From positions 5,504,001 through 5,568,000 of the forward strand of contig CP170459.1 in assembly GCA_047947115.1 (NCBI GenBank): DNA of 64,000 nucleotides. The letters run 5' to 3'. Below the pieces are notes generated by a model, which saw only the letters and a list, made by a program, of their open reading frames with translations, was not told the origin of the DNA and ran no database searches. The DNA is from Verrucomicrobiota bacterium. GTDB taxonomy: Bacteria; Verrucomicrobiota; Verrucomicrobiia; Limisphaerales; AAA164-E04. The translations under genes and the position numbers were made by a program. This document shows, in pieces, positions 10,230 through 20,390 of this stretch (within the stretch, counting starts at the first letter, position 1; every line of letters begins with the position of its first letter).

Positions 10230-10940
10230 ATGACCACCCAACCAACAGGTAGCAAAGGGAATTTTGCGACAACAAGCCTCATGGTCCTGCTGGGGCTTAC
10301 AAACGTCCTGGTAGCCGTGATGACGTTTCGCGGTGAATCCCAGGCGCTTCCAAAAAGATCCGACCAGAACCCCAATGTTCAATCAACCACTACAGAAACG
10401 AACCCCCAGCTTTCCAATACGATGACGCAGGCGGAATCGCTGCTTCAAACGGTCAAAGCAGGCCTCCAGCAACCCCGCCAATTCCCCTTTACGCCGGAGT
10501 GGTCTGAGGAAACGTATGATCCGGAAACTACGTTGGACAAGGAGACTTTGATAAAACTGAAGCGACACGTAATGCTCCGGAATTTCTATTCATCCAATGC
10601 CCGATTGACTCCGGCATTCAGACAGCTGATTGGACTGTTGTCGGAATGGGGAATTGAGTCCGACCCAATCCTCGTTCAGCAACTTTTCGGACCTCTTCGC
10701 GGTATGGAAATGCATCGTGAAGGGACAAGGGAAAATCCGGAGCTTGTAGAGCCAAGCATTAAAAAGGAGCTGCAAGAAATGCTTACCACGGACAAAGCAT
10801 ACTTTTCCCAGGTTGTTAAGGAGTTGTTGAACATAGAAGACCCAGCCTTCATCACCGCCCTTCTCAAACTGCGGCCCAAGGAAGGATTCGGGATGCCTGA
10901 CACCCGCATCGAACCCGGCGAACGTTTACTGATACAATGA
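10230..10940 (+). CDS. Membrane-anchored hypothetical protein, paralog family 1 (B2)
   Basis: Close paralog of B1: YDPE..LKRHVMLRNFYSSNAR..ENPELV..PDTRIEPGERLL. Confidence 0.82.
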   Translation: MTTQPTGSKGNFATTSLMVLLGLTNVLVAVMTFRGESQALPKRSDQNPNVQSTTTETNPQLSNTMTQAESLLQTVKAGLQQPRQFPFTPEWSEETYDPETTLDKETLIKLKRHVMLRNFYSSNARLTPAFRQLIGLLSEWGIESDPILVQQLFGPLRGMEMHREGTRENPELVEPSIKKELQEMLTTDKAYFSQVVKELLNIEDPAFITALLKLRPKEGFGMPDTRIEPGERLLIQ

Positions 10941-11677
10941 AAACTCAATCCTGGATCATCGCAGGTCTTTGCATCACATTGGCGTTGCTGGTGTGGAAGA
11001 ATCAGAGCATGGATCAAACGCGTTCCATTTCAGCTGAGAACGAGCAACCAGCCGTGCCACCTGAAAGGGACGCACCCCCAGTATTATCAGAGACAAACCA
11101 ACTGGACGCCTCCCCGCTTTCGGAACCTGGTGACCATGCGCTGGACGCCATTTATGGTCATTGGACTCCTCCCGAGGAGGAAAAGTATGTGGCGAATCCC
11201 GGTGGCCCGTTGGATGAGGGGTTCGAGTGGACGGATGAATACTACGATCCGGAGCGTATCGATGAACCCGGTTACCGGGACATGGTCATATCGGCCATCT
11301 ATGCAAAGCATTATTATGAATCACCCGAAAGAAAGCTGCCTCCCTTTCAGCAATCCGCTGCGTTACTCGAACGATGGAATATCGAACCTACCATGGATCA
11401 TACGGTGCTGATCCATGACGCCGCCCACGAATGGCACATGCATCAGGCATTTGCCGATCAGGATTCCGGACCGGCAGCCGGACCGGACGGCAAGAAAATG
11501 GCCGCCTTCAAAATGTATTTTCACCGCGAAAACATTACAAGCCGATTGAACCACTTCCTGGGCATCAAGGACAAAGCCTTCTTCGAAGAATTGATCGAGA
11601 TCAAGCCGGAGAGCGGCATCCTCAAACCTCTGCTGATCATCAACCCGGGCGACCGACTCATGAGGCAAACGGATTAA
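10937..11677 (+). CDS. Membrane-anchored hypothetical protein, paralog family 1 (B3)
   Basis: ATGA overlap with B2; YYDPE..HYYESPER..LGIKDKAFF..INPGDRLM. Confidence 0.8.
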   Translation: MKTQSWIIAGLCITLALLVWKNQSMDQTRSISAENEQPAVPPERDAPPVLSETNQLDASPLSEPGDHALDAIYGHWTPPEEEKYVANPGGPLDEGFEWTDEYYDPERIDEPGYRDMVISAIYAKHYYESPERKLPPFQQSAALLERWNIEPTMDHTVLIHDAAHEWHMHQAFADQDSGPAAGPDGKKMAAFKMYFHRENITSRLNHFLGIKDKAFFEELIEIKPESGILKPLLIINPGDRLMRQTD

Positions 11678-11913
11678 GCATACGTTCCAGCTGCAGGCTA
11701 TACAGACTGGGCTGCTTTTGTCAGCTCTGAGCGCAAGATGGCACTCATTTCCTGATCTCACATTAAACATCAGTTGCTTTAATTGATATATTTTCCCACT
11801 CTTATGCTCACTACTCCCTGTTACGACCGATATCTTAATGGAGCGGAACTGAGGGTTCTCTTCAACACCATGACACATGTTGTTCAGAAAAAAGTGGGCT
11901 ATGAAAAAACAGT

Positions 11914-12212
11914 GGCTGTTGGCCAAATGGATCAGGTCACGCAGGGAGTGGCGGCCAATGCCGAGCAAAACGCGAGTGTTTCGGTGGAATTGAGCAATCA
12001 ATCAAGTTTGTTGGGGAATACCATCCATGGGCCTCCAGCAGTTGATCAGCAATCATGACTCTTCATCGGCCGCCACAGAAACCATGAATTTAAAAAAGCA
12101 TCATGCTCCCGCTTCATTGCAAAAAAACCACTCCAACAGAGTTGCGGGTTCATCAGGTCCGGATTCGGGGGAACGGATCACATCCAGGAAAAACATGATG
12201 CAGCATTCGTAA
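11914..12212 (+). pseudogene. Methyl-accepting chemotaxis protein C-terminal remnant, frameshifted near 12029
   Basis: AVGQMDQVTQGVAANAEQNASVSVELSNQSSLL continues as GLQQLIS in another frame; no upstream MCP body. Confidence 0.7.
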
Positions 12213-12217
12213 ACTTC

Positions 12218-12336
12218 TATAACGTTTGCCAAAGGTATTTCAGAAAAAACTCTGCGCCACTGCGCCCCTAGCGCAGCGGGCGTGAGAATAAGAAGCAACA
12301 GCGAGCCGTTATGCGCAAATACTTTTGGCAATCTGT
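12218..12336. repeat. Dispersed structured element, copy 1
   Basis: Aligns with 61160-61276; terminal stem TTGCCAAAGGTATTT/AAATACTTTTGGCAA. Confidence 0.85.
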
Positions 12337-12492
12337 ATAAAATCCAGCATCCATTTCCTAAAACCGGAGTGACGACTACCGGGGGCAAATTCTCCATTAA
12401 AGGAGACGGGGTCCAGTGACGTAAAAGGTCGCCCACGCACTTTCCTGGAGACTCGATTCAATGATCAAGTTGTCGGTAAGGCGGCAAGCACT

Positions 12493-12755
12493 CCACGTTC
12501 TTGGGAACGCGGCTACAGGACACGTTCTTGGGAACGCGGCTACAGGACACGTTTTTGGGAAACGCGGCTACGGGCCACGTTCTTGGGAAACGCGGTTACG
12601 GGCCACGTTTTGGGAAACGCGGCTACGGGCCACGTTCTTGGGAACGCGGTTACGGGCCACGTTTTGGGAACGCGGTTACGGGCCACGTTCTTGGGAAACG
12701 CGGTTACGGGCCACGTTCTTGGGAACGCGGCTACAGTTTTTGGGAACAAGGTTAC
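12493..12755 (-). repeat. Tandem array of 26-28 bp GTAG-type REP-like palindromes (9 full units plus 1 partial)
   Basis: Minus-strand unit GTA(G/A)-CCGCGTTC-CCAA-GAACGTGG with 3-nt linkers; no unique spacers. Confidence 0.9.
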
Positions 12756-12760
12756 GGTAG

Positions 12761-13939
12761 CTATTTCAGATTTTGCACTGCGACTCGAAAGCCGAGGTAG
12801 CTGAAGGAATTGCCGGGCCAGGCTCGGAGGCGGCAGGCGGACCGGCAGTCCCTAGCGAAGTCTTCCCAGCCGCCGCCACGGATCACTCGGACGGCTCCGG
12901 TTTCTGGTCCCGGGGGATCAATGACACTGCCTCCAGAGTAGGCGTTGGCATAGAAGTCCAGGCACCATTCCCATACGTTTCCATGCATGTCGTAAAGTCC
13001 CCATGCGTTTGGTTCTTTTTCTCCGACCGGATGGGTTCTGCTTCCGCTGTTGGTCCAATACCAGGCGTATTGTGCGAGGTACCCGTAGTCCGGATCGTCT
13101 CCAAAGTAAAAACGGTTTTGGGTTCCGGCCCGGCAGGCGTATTCCCGCTGGGCTTCGGTTGGCAGCGTGAAGGCATATCCTTCCGGCAAACGTCCCGACT
13201 CACGCTCCCGCTCTGTCAGACGTTCGCAGAATGCAACGGCCAGGTTCCAGGACACGCGTTCAACCGGTAGTTGATCTCCTTTGAATCTGCTCGGATTTGT
13301 TCCCATCACCCATTCCCACTGCGCCTGGGTCACTTCGTATTTCCCCAAAAGGAATCGCTCGGAAATCGTCACTTCCGTCAAAGGCCCTTCATCTGATTCA
13401 CGATGCGTTTCGCTTTGGGGACTCCCCATGATAAAGGTTCCTGAAGGAATACGAACAAATTCCATGGTGATACCATCGCCAAGATCCAGTGTCTGCAAAG
13501 AAGCAAGCGGGTCCGGGATTTTCCGAATCTGGTAAAATGCTGTGGATGGACCGGCCTCCACAGCCAGGTCGTATGTCTGAACCGATTCCATGACTGGATT
13601 AAGATCCACAACCTTGACCCAGCTCCCATGCTCCAATTGTTCCCGGCGAAACAACTCATAACCCAAAGCCCCCTCATTCACCCAGGCCAGTTGAAGCCGT
13701 CCATTTTCCAGGAACTTGATCGGCCTGGACAGGGCCACCGCCTCATCAACAGCCACCGAAACGGACTGGCCAATGGCACCAACAGGAATGGCTGCCAAGG
13801 CCAAGCAAGAAACCACAAACAGCAAAAGCCTTGCAAACGCGCGCCCCATACAAACCCGTTTCCAACCCGGCGTGTTTGAAAACCGGTTACCAGAACCCGG
13901 GTTGGGATGCGGGGACTTGGACTTTGAATCACCGGGCAT
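12761..13939 (-). CDS. FGE-sulfatase-fold (SUMF1/EgtB/PvdO family) exported protein; start uncertain (13849-13996)
   Basis: GTFIMGS, YEVTQAQW, LPTEAQREYACRAG, NAWGLYDMHGNVWEWC, RVIRGG, GFRV. Confidence 0.9.
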   Translation of the reverse strand: MPGDSKSKSPHPNPGSGNRFSNTPGWKRVCMGRAFARLLLFVVSCLALAAIPVGAIGQSVSVAVDEAVALSRPIKFLENGRLQLAWVNEGALGYELFRREQLEHGSWVKVVDLNPVMESVQTYDLAVEAGPSTAFYQIRKIPDPLASLQTLDLGDGITMEFVRIPSGTFIMGSPQSETHRESDEGPLTEVTISERFLLGKYEVTQAQWEWVMGTNPSRFKGDQLPVERVSWNLAVAFCERLTERERESGRLPEGYAFTLPTEAQREYACRAGTQNRFYFGDDPDYGYLAQYAWYWTNSGSRTHPVGEKEPNAWGLYDMHGNVWEWCLDFYANAYSGGSVIDPPGPETGAVRVIRGGGWEDFARDCRSACRLRAWPGNSFSYLGFRVAVQNLK

Positions 13940-14014
13940 GTGGTCAAGCTTAAAAGGGAGAAGCTGCGGATCAATATAAAAGATCGGCAAGATCATGTTC
14001 TGATCCAGCCGACA

Positions 14015-15511
14015 TCACCGGCGCATGCCTCCGAACAGACGCCCGAGAAGATAACCGGACGTCATCGCCCAGCCGATGTGCAATCCATGTCCCCAGAGAA
14101 TTTGTCCCCCCAATCCGTTTTGACCGACGGCGTATAATCCTGGAAGCGCCGCCCCCGAGGCATCGAGCACCTCGAAGCTCTCATTGATCGCGGCGCCTCC
14201 TTCCGTCGTGGTGAACCAAGCTTTGGCAGGCCCCAGCAGCACCCAACGATTTCCGGACAAAGGTTTCAGGGCCGAGGATGCATCCTTTGCCCGATCCAGA
14301 TTGAGTTGTCGAACCGTTTTCTCAAGGTTTTCGGCCGGCAGCCCCCGTTTATCGGCGAGTGCGTGCAATTGATCCGCCTCAAGGGCCAGGTCCGGCCGCA
14401 AGCGCAGGTAGTCCTTCACATAGGCATAAGCGATTTCAGGCGCGGTTGAAATAAAATGAGGCCAGGCGCTGAATCGTTCGATGAGGGATTCGTCCAGCAG
14501 GATATAAGCCTGCTTGTTCGGTTGCCGGGCGATGTCGATTTCTCTTTGGGGCGACCTGCGTTCATCGGTGAATCGTTCACCATTTTGATTCACCAGAATG
14601 GCCCCCGCATCGAACAGAGCATCTTCGGGATGTTGCCATGTGACGACCAGTCGTTTAATGAACGGCTGCATCCAACGTTTGGGAAGTCGATTACTCATCC
14701 ACCCCAACCATTGCGCCATCCAGCCCGTGGTCGGCAGCCGGTCCTGAAACGTGCCATCGGCCGGGGGGACAAATCGAATTTCCGGCCCATAGGTCACTCC
14801 CATATTCAGCAACCTGGCGCCGGCCTTTTCAGCCAGCACATGACCGTCACCGGAAGCGTGAGGATTGATACCCTCAATACACTGAAAATCATTCCCTTTG
14901 AACCGGGCGATCAAATCGGAAGCATTCGCATAATCCCCCGCGGCCAACACCACACCCAAACGCGATTCAGCCCGATGAACGCGTCCTTCGGTATCTTTCC
15001 AGCAAACACCATTCACGTGACCCGATTCCATCAACAATTCTGTGACATCCGCCCCGCAAACGAGACTGCCACCCAGCTCCTGTAATCGACGGACCAGCGT
15101 ATCAATATAGGCTTTGGCACCGGGCACCGCATTGTGCATGCGCGGCTGACGATTGGGGGGCTCCGGGTTGGGCCCCTGAAAGCGAATGCCCACCCCGGCC
15201 AGCCAATGAAGTGCTTCGGCGGAATGATTCAGGAAGAATCGACGGAGGGCGGCGTTGTTGTGTTGTTCGATGTCCGGCGGGGCAAATCGCCCGGCATCAA
15301 TCACGTGATCTTCCAGCTGGTCGGTGATGCCTGCTTCCTTTTGAAAACGCGTGCGATTGGATGTGAACGAACCGACCGCGATGCCTGTGGTGCCGCCGGG
15401 CGCAGCTTGTTTTTCCAGAACACAAACACGAACCCCCTGCTCCGCCGCGCTCACGGCCGTGGCCAAACCACTGCCTCCACCTCCCACCACTATCACGTCA
15501 AAACAACTCAT
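14015..15511 (-). CDS. FAD-binding oxidoreductase (fumarate reductase/3-ketosteroid dehydrogenase flavoprotein family)
   Basis: DVIVVGGGGSG, LEK..GGTT, ILVNQNGERF, PGLYAVG. Confidence 0.85.
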   Translation of the reverse strand: MSCFDVIVVGGGGSGLATAVSAAEQGVRVCVLEKQAAPGGTTGIAVGSFTSNRTRFQKEAGITDQLEDHVIDAGRFAPPDIEQHNNAALRRFFLNHSAEALHWLAGVGIRFQGPNPEPPNRQPRMHNAVPGAKAYIDTLVRRLQELGGSLVCGADVTELLMESGHVNGVCWKDTEGRVHRAESRLGVVLAAGDYANASDLIARFKGNDFQCIEGINPHASGDGHVLAEKAGARLLNMGVTYGPEIRFVPPADGTFQDRLPTTGWMAQWLGWMSNRLPKRWMQPFIKRLVVTWQHPEDALFDAGAILVNQNGERFTDERRSPQREIDIARQPNKQAYILLDESLIERFSAWPHFISTAPEIAYAYVKDYLRLRPDLALEADQLHALADKRGLPAENLEKTVRQLNLDRAKDASSALKPLSGNRWVLLGPAKAWFTTTEGGAAINESFEVLDASGAALPGLYAVGQNGLGGQILWGHGLHIGWAMTSGYLLGRLFGGMRR

Positions 15512-17064
15512 GGAGACTGCTTGATGGCTCCGGTTCGAATGGCCCAGTTGTTCCAGGAAAATGCCATGGCACGCACACGGTCGGGATATTGCTGCGCCAG
15601 ATTGGTCATTTCGGTTCGATCATGAAGGAGGTGGTAAAGCTCCCATTCCCGGAGTTTCTTGTCCCAAACCAATTTCCAATCCCCCTCGCGAACAGCCCGA
15701 TTGCCGGTGAATTCCCACCAGAGCGTCTCATGACCCTGCCGCATCTTTCCCTGGAAAACCGGGATCAGGCTTTTACCTTCCAGCGGACTGATCGGGTGAT
15801 TGTTGAATTCAGTAGGATACTTCCCTCCGGCTGCCTCCAGAAAAGTTGGCATGAAATCGATGATATGTCCCACCTGGCGGGTCAGTGTGTTGGGCTGCAC
15901 CACGGAGGGCCAACGAACGATGAGCGGCGTGGAAATCCCGCCTTCATGCATCCAGGTCTTGAACCGCCGAAAAGGAGTGTTCTGGGCAAAAGCCCAACCG
16001 GGACCGCAGGTGGTATAGTTCTTCTCCACACCAGGTTCGTATTCCGGAGAATCATGACCATATTTCTCACTGCATCCGCCGTTGTCGGAGAGAAACAGCA
16101 CCATGGTGTTTTCACGCACTCCAGCATCATCAATGGCATTAAGAATCCGGCCGATTCCCTGGTCCATTCGGTCGATCATGGCGGCATACACAGCCATCCT
16201 TGAATCCTGCCAATCCTTGTCAACCTGATCATCCCAGACACCCGCCTCCGGGTCGGCCGGAGGAAGTTTCCAACCGGGATCCACCAGCCCCATTCGCACC
16301 TGACGGGCGTGGCGTTCCTTTCGTAACTGTTCCCATCCGGACTTGTATTGCCCCACATACTTTTCAATGTCCTCCCTGGGCGCGTGCAAAGGATAATGAG
16401 GCGCCGTGTAGCAGACATGCAGAAAGAAAGGATCCGGCTGTCTGGACATGCGTTGAATGTTATCCACCGCATGATCCGAAAAAGCATCGGTGGTATAAAA
16501 GCCCTCGGGAAACTCGGTGATGCGTTCCTCATTATGACCAAAAACCCTTACCCGCCCCCCCTTGAACTCGGGATCGGGGATGGATGGATCAAAAAAGTTA
16601 CAGCACCCATCCATCAAGCCGTAGTATTCCTGAAATCCGCGATCGATCGGTCGACGGGGTGCGTTCGCCCCGAGATGCCATTTGCCGGTCAAGGTGGTTT
16701 GGTAACCGGCCAGTCCCAAAGCCTCACCCAAAGTGACCATGGATTCCTTGAGCAACGGTCCTGATTCCTGCCGGGGATATTGTCCGGTCAGGAGCGCTGC
16801 GCGTGTGGTGGTGCATTTGGCGCAGTTGTAGAATTGGGTAAACCGCAGCCCTTCACTGGCAAGCCGGTCGAGGTTGGGTGTGCGGACGTCCCCGCCGTAG
16901 CATCCGATATCAGACCAGCCCATATCGTCACACATGATGAGCACGACATTCGGACGTACCTGAGCCTCTGCGACCGGCCCTGTCCAAAACACCGCTGTAA
17001 AAACCCCCACCAGACAACGCGACTGGAATCCTTTGAAAAAGTTTAATATTCGGGTGACAGACAT
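15508..17064 (-). CDS. Arylsulfatase (S1 family)
   Basis: [39 protein letters not shown]; signal peptide from ATG 17064. Confidence 0.92.
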   Translation of the reverse strand: MSVTRILNFFKGFQSRCLVGVFTAVFWTGPVAEAQVRPNVVLIMCDDMGWSDIGCYGGDVRTPNLDRLASEGLRFTQFYNCAKCTTTRAALLTGQYPRQESGPLLKESMVTLGEALGLAGYQTTLTGKWHLGANAPRRPIDRGFQEYYGLMDGCCNFFDPSIPDPEFKGGRVRVFGHNEERITEFPEGFYTTDAFSDHAVDNIQRMSRQPDPFFLHVCYTAPHYPLHAPREDIEKYVGQYKSGWEQLRKERHARQVRMGLVDPGWKLPPADPEAGVWDDQVDKDWQDSRMAVYAAMIDRMDQGIGRILNAIDDAGVRENTMVLFLSDNGGCSEKYGHDSPEYEPGVEKNYTTCGPGWAFAQNTPFRRFKTWMHEGGISTPLIVRWPSVVQPNTLTRQVGHIIDFMPTFLEAAGGKYPTEFNNHPISPLEGKSLIPVFQGKMRQGHETLWWEFTGNRAVREGDWKLVWDKKLREWELYHLLHDRTEMTNLAQQYPDRVRAMAFSWNNWAIRTGAIKQSP

Positions 17065-17205
17065 GAGGTCATTGAAGAGTTTGGGCTGCAAAAAACCAAT
17101 CAAATTATAACCAAGTTTTTGACATGGAATAAAAGATGCTTGATTGTAATCGGGAATAAACCACGGAAATGGGTATCCGACAGATGGGTGAAGCGTAACG
17201 CCACC

Positions 17206-18075
17206 ATGACAAACAACAAGCAGCATACAAGATCGGCGGTCGAGGCCAAAGAACCTGGGGCAGGTTTTTTGGGGGCGTTCACGTTGATCGAGCTGCTGGT
17301 GGTCATAGCGATCATTGCCATTCTGGCGAGCATGCTTTTACCGGCCTTGTCCAAGGCCAAAGGAGCCGCACACAAAGCAGCCTGTATCGGCAATCAGCGG
17401 CAATTGAACCTGGCGTGGCTGGTGTATGTTGAGGACCATGGATTTCTTGTTCCCAATGGTTATGTCAATGTGGATGATCTGGGAAACCAACGCCCCTGGG
17501 TATCTGCCGGATCGCACATTGACCGGTTCATGCATACGAATGCCCAACTTCTTTCTGATCCACGCTATTCGGCATTTGCCAAAGGCGGTTACATCACCAC
17601 GGCAAAAACCTACAAGTGTCCGGCCGACCGCAAGAAAACCTTTTTCATGGGTGTCAATCATCTTGGAGTGCGTTCCTACTCGCTGAACAGCTTCATGGGA
17701 TGGCTTTACCCCAACTCCGGAACCTTTTCCTCAGGATATTCGGGTTACGCAAAAGCCAGCCATCTGGCAGGCATGCGTGCCAGTGAAGTGTTCACCTTTC
17801 TGGACGTGAATACTGACAGTATTTGTTTTGCCGGGTTTGTCACCCGCATGGGGAACAGTGACAGCTTCTTTCATATTCCGGGCGCCTATCACAACGGGGC
17901 AGGAGTGGTTGGTTTTGCCGACGGTCACGCGGAGGTGCACAAATGGAAAGATCAACGCACCATCACCAATAAAACCATCATCCACGTTGAAAAATCGGTG
18001 GGCAACAAGGACCTCGCCTGGCTGCAAAACCACGCCGCCGAACGGGACCAGAGCCAACCCGCGCGCGAAGAATGA
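17206..18075 (+). CDS. Prepilin-type N-terminal methylation / H-X9-DG domain protein
   Basis: [25 protein letters not shown] and [13 protein letters not shown]. Confidence 0.92.
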   Translation: MTNNKQHTRSAVEAKEPGAGFLGAFTLIELLVVIAIIAILASMLLPALSKAKGAAHKAACIGNQRQLNLAWLVYVEDHGFLVPNGYVNVDDLGNQRPWVSAGSHIDRFMHTNAQLLSDPRYSAFAKGGYITTAKTYKCPADRKKTFFMGVNHLGVRSYSLNSFMGWLYPNSGTFSSGYSGYAKASHLAGMRASEVFTFLDVNTDSICFAGFVTRMGNSDSFFHIPGAYHNGAGVVGFADGHAEVHKWKDQRTITNKTIIHVEKSVGNKDLAWLQNHAAERDQSQPAREE

Positions 18076-18096
18076 TCCCACGGCCACCCGGCATGC

Positions 18097-18612
18097 TCAG
18101 GCGTTCGAGACTTGTCTCAGTTGTTTGGAGGTCCACATCCCTCTGAGCACGCCCCGGCATTCCTTGCCAAACACTCCACAATGCAGGTGGATGACAGCCC
18201 CCTTCTTCATTTGAATACGGGTGTTGATATGTCCGGAGATAAGCAGACTGGCCAATTGACTCAGTATGGGTTCGTGCCCGACCACCATCAATCGCTCGGA
18301 GGATTCCAAGTATGCCGCAAGTTGAATCTTAAAGAAAGGAAGCACGGACCGATCTGCTCCAAGTTCCTCGGCCAACTGGATGGGAGCATCGATTTTCAAT
18401 CCTTCATGAACGATCCGGGCCGTCTCGGCCGCTCTGGGATAGGGGCTTGAGACAATCACATCCGGCACAAAATCAAGTCCCTTCATCGCAGGAATCATGG
18501 CTTGAATGCGCTGCACGCCGACATCGGTCAGCCGACGCGCCCGATCGGACCAACCGGTGGCGGCAGAAGGATCCTCGGCTTGACCGTGGCGCATGATGAA
18601 CAGTTCACTCAT
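18097..18612 (-). CDS. sixA: Phosphohistidine phosphatase SixA
   Basis: MRHGQAE, SSPYPRAAETA, VVGHEP. Confidence 0.88.
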   Translation of the reverse strand: MSELFIMRHGQAEDPSAATGWSDRARRLTDVGVQRIQAMIPAMKGLDFVPDVIVSSPYPRAAETARIVHEGLKIDAPIQLAEELGADRSVLPFFKIQLAAYLESSERLMVVGHEPILSQLASLLISGHINTRIQMKKGAVIHLHCGVFGKECRGVLRGMWTSKQLRQVSNA

Positions 18613-19390
18613 GAAGCGTGATCAAAGGATCCAGCGCATCGTCACGATCGGCCGGTTCACCATCAAACCGGACATCCACAAATTGAATTTCCTCGCTGAG
18701 TTCGGGTCTGAGATCCAGCAGCCAATGTCGTACAAATCGGGCGAGTGATTTGCGGGCCTGATCCCGCACGAGCACCATCAGGGTTTCTTCTTCGGCATAT
18801 TGCACCAATGTCGGGGTCAACTGTTGTTCGAGACTGGCCAACTGTTCATCCACATTGAACCGCGCCCATCCAGTGTCCATGCGCTTCTCCATGCGATGCG
18901 TATGGATAGCGGGTGGAAGCATCGTTCGCAAACGCGGCGCTTTTACCCGGCAAACCGCCCCCTGCGTGTCAATCTCCCATGGATCATCCAGCTTGACATA
19001 ATATCGATAGGTAGCCGGAACGCGAATTTCTGCGGTTGAAGTGCCCAGAGAGATGGTATCCCATAAAAGAGAAAGGGTATCTTCCGATTTCAATGTTTCG
19101 ATACGATCCACCTTGGCCAACTCCAAACGCCCGGTCCCGGCATGGGCTATCACCGGAATTTCCGCCAGGAAGGATTGCTTGAGTGAGACTTGCGCGCTAC
19201 CGGAGAGAGTGTGCTGGATGCGATCGAGAACACCATTGGAAGCCTCAATGCCTTCAGACACCCCCCTGCCAATCAACCATCCACCGAACAGCATCACCAC
19301 GATAACCGAGCCCAGGACCATGGCCGTTAAACCCATTAAGGTCATGGGCCATCGGTAAGCGTGGAGCAATCTGCGTGTTGTAGGATGCAT
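18605..19390 (-). CDS. Membrane-anchored hypothetical protein (DUF4230-like)
   Basis: N-terminal TM; AEIRVPATYRYYVKL; coupled to sixA. Confidence 0.65.
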   Translation of the reverse strand: MHPTTRRLLHAYRWPMTLMGLTAMVLGSVIVVMLFGGWLIGRGVSEGIEASNGVLDRIQHTLSGSAQVSLKQSFLAEIPVIAHAGTGRLELAKVDRIETLKSEDTLSLLWDTISLGTSTAEIRVPATYRYYVKLDDPWEIDTQGAVCRVKAPRLRTMLPPAIHTHRMEKRMDTGWARFNVDEQLASLEQQLTPTLVQYAEEETLMVLVRDQARKSLARFVRHWLLDLRPELSEEIQFVDVRFDGEPADRDDALDPLITLHE

Positions 19391-19454
19391 GAGGCTGATC
19401 AGGGCAAAATCTGTCCGAATAAACTACATGCTTACCTGCACAAATCAAGTGCGC

Positions 19455-20384
19455 TTATGACGGCTCCTGGTCAAAGAGGCCTGGTTCACCTTCAGATTCT
19501 TCCTTGGATGCCCGCTTTTTGGAAATGGCGGGAGTCGGTTCTTCGATCGTTTGATCGGCTTGATCGGCTTGATCGGCAGGGGCGTTGGCAATGGCTGGCA
19601 TGTCTTCCTGCTCAACCAGTCTGACCAAGGGGGGCCTCACCAGTCGCCCCTGAAAGGTAAACCCCGGGGCCAGTGTTTCAGCCACGGAAGGTTGTGTGAG
19701 TTCTTTGTGATCTTCCCCCATCACCTGATGCAATTCCTTATTATAGGAAGTTCCCAGTTCGGCTTCGTGAGGGGTCAACCCCATTCGGCGCATCACATCC
19801 ACCACTGCATGCTGAAAATTGGAAATCTGGCTGATCAGCTTGGGTTGACCGGATTGCAAGGCCGCCTTGTGCAAGGCGAACACGTGATCCAGCACCCGAA
19901 CAGCAGCCTGCAACCATTCCCGCTCGCTGCGACGCAGTTTCTCGGCTTCCACCCGCAGATGCTCCTTCTCGGACACATCCATACTCTGCATGACCTCGAC
20001 GAATCGAGTGGATTCCTGAGCCATGGATTCGGCAATCTTATCGGCATTTTGAACCGCCGAAACGCAATGATCCTGGATCGACTGCCACTGTCCGGTGGCA
20101 TGTCGGATGTGCTCCTCCAACTGAGTCAGGGCCTTCAGTTGCTCGGCAAGGTTCTGGAACTCATTGATCTCGTTACGCTTCAATTCAGCTCGATAGTCCA
20201 GCAGAAACGGAAGTGTGCTGAAAAACATGCCCACAACCAGGCACCCCACCACAATGCCAAGCTGAAATCCATCCGGCAAACCGCCCACATCCCAGGTGAT
20301 CCACCCTGCCATCGCAAGCAACAAAAGGTCGCCTACGATAAAAGGTGTTTTGGCAATGCGATAGGGTTGATTGGAAAAAGACAT
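19455..20384 (-). CDS. GrpE-domain protein with two N-terminal TM helices
   Basis: Coiled coil, then YNKELHQ..VAETLAPGFTFQGRLVRPPLVRL (GrpE head). Confidence 0.75.
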   Translation of the reverse strand: MSFSNQPYRIAKTPFIVGDLLLLAMAGWITWDVGGLPDGFQLGIVVGCLVVGMFFSTLPFLLDYRAELKRNEINEFQNLAEQLKALTQLEEHIRHATGQWQSIQDHCVSAVQNADKIAESMAQESTRFVEVMQSMDVSEKEHLRVEAEKLRRSEREWLQAAVRVLDHVFALHKAALQSGQPKLISQISNFQHAVVDVMRRMGLTPHEAELGTSYNKELHQVMGEDHKELTQPSVAETLAPGFTFQGRLVRPPLVRLVEQEDMPAIANAPADQADQADQTIEEPTPAISKKRASKEESEGEPGLFDQEPS

Positions 20385-20390
20385 GTCAGG

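Noticed and set aside
12493..12755. CRISPR array
   Set aside because: Only 3-nt near-constant linkers, no unique spacers and no cas genes; the repeat-derived ORFs 12461-12804 are artefacts.
12761..13939. True formylglycine-generating enzyme for the adjacent sulfatase
   Set aside because: It has the fold motifs but I do not see the canonical catalytic Cys context (DCRSACR here), so function is not assigned.
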